Assembly: GCA_028534125.1 (NCBI GenBank)
Contig: CM052816.1
Coordinates: 87,546,001-87,610,000, forward strand
Source: Lama glama
Lineage: Eukaryota
DNA: 64,000 nucleotides
Direction of reading: 5' to 3'
Shown here: piece by piece, positions 63,401 through 64,000 of the stretch
Layout: each line of letters opens with the position of its first letter
Numbering within the stretch: position 1 is the stretch's first letter
The notes under the pieces: model-generated
The model's input: the letters and a program-made list of their open reading frames with translations, nothing else
Databases searched by the model: none
What the model was told of the DNA's origin: nothing
Made by a program: the position numbers and the translations under genes

Positions 63401-64000
63401 AGGAGCTTTTCATAGACTGGCTGCATTCAAGAGATACGTATAAAAAAGAGTTTTACTGCAGCTTCACGGTAATAAATAGAATTACAGGCGAGTTTATAGT
63501 CTCATCTGTAAAATGAGAAGCATGCCATTTTTTAATATCGTCTAGGACGTAACTTCTGTGATATTAATTCCTACAGGCCTTTGTTTCATTGATAAATCTA
63601 AGCAAGTTATTTTTACAGCTAAGCTTATTTTAGTTCAAGATTACTTTTCCTCAGTTGACTATGCTTTAATATTGTATTTTATACAGTGGCAGAATGTCAC
63701 CTAAAAAAGAAGTAATCATATTTCACCTTTCAAAAAGAGTGGTTGGTCTTATATTACTTGGTGGCATAGAATTTAATAAACGACTTACATACAAAGCATT
63801 TGGGAGAGACTGGATGTAGGTAAGGAGAAGCTCAGTGATTACAAACCCACTGCGTTAGCGCTAGGCTGGAGCTGCTTAGAGACAGAAAAAAGCAATAGAT
63901 CAAGCTTAAATGGGCAACATTAATGGGAGTTATGGGTGCACATCTCAAAACGAATATACCCCAAAGAATTCATAGAATACCTCTCATAATTGGAAAAAGA

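Noticed and set aside
1..64000. ORFs in the supplied track as genes
   Set aside because: All are 126 aa or shorter, have low-complexity or repeat-derived composition, and many overlap L1/L2/LTR remnants (e.g. 3813, 5550, 21908, 41053, 41788). I found no chain of exons with consistent splice sites.

Overview
AT-rich, CpG-depleted placental-mammal DNA that looks intergenic or deep-intronic. It is made mostly of transposon remnants: L1 of several ages, L2, MIR, MaLR/ERVL LTRs, MER20, and three ERV1-type solo LTRs with intact target-site duplications (TSDs). I see no intact protein-coding gene, RNA gene or CRISPR array; the supplied ORFs are chance ORFs or repeat-derived. The youngest L1 3' ends are cetartiodactyl-type and no young SINE is visible, which tentatively suggests a camelid. 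The one gene-derived feature is a decayed GC-rich processed-pseudogene-like insert at about 50.4-52.2 kb whose parent I cannot name. I found no convincing novel biological system. The findings are retrotransposition-mechanism footprints and candidate regulatory elements. Repeat family names come from my memory of consensus sequences, not from a database search, and boundaries of old repeats are approximate.
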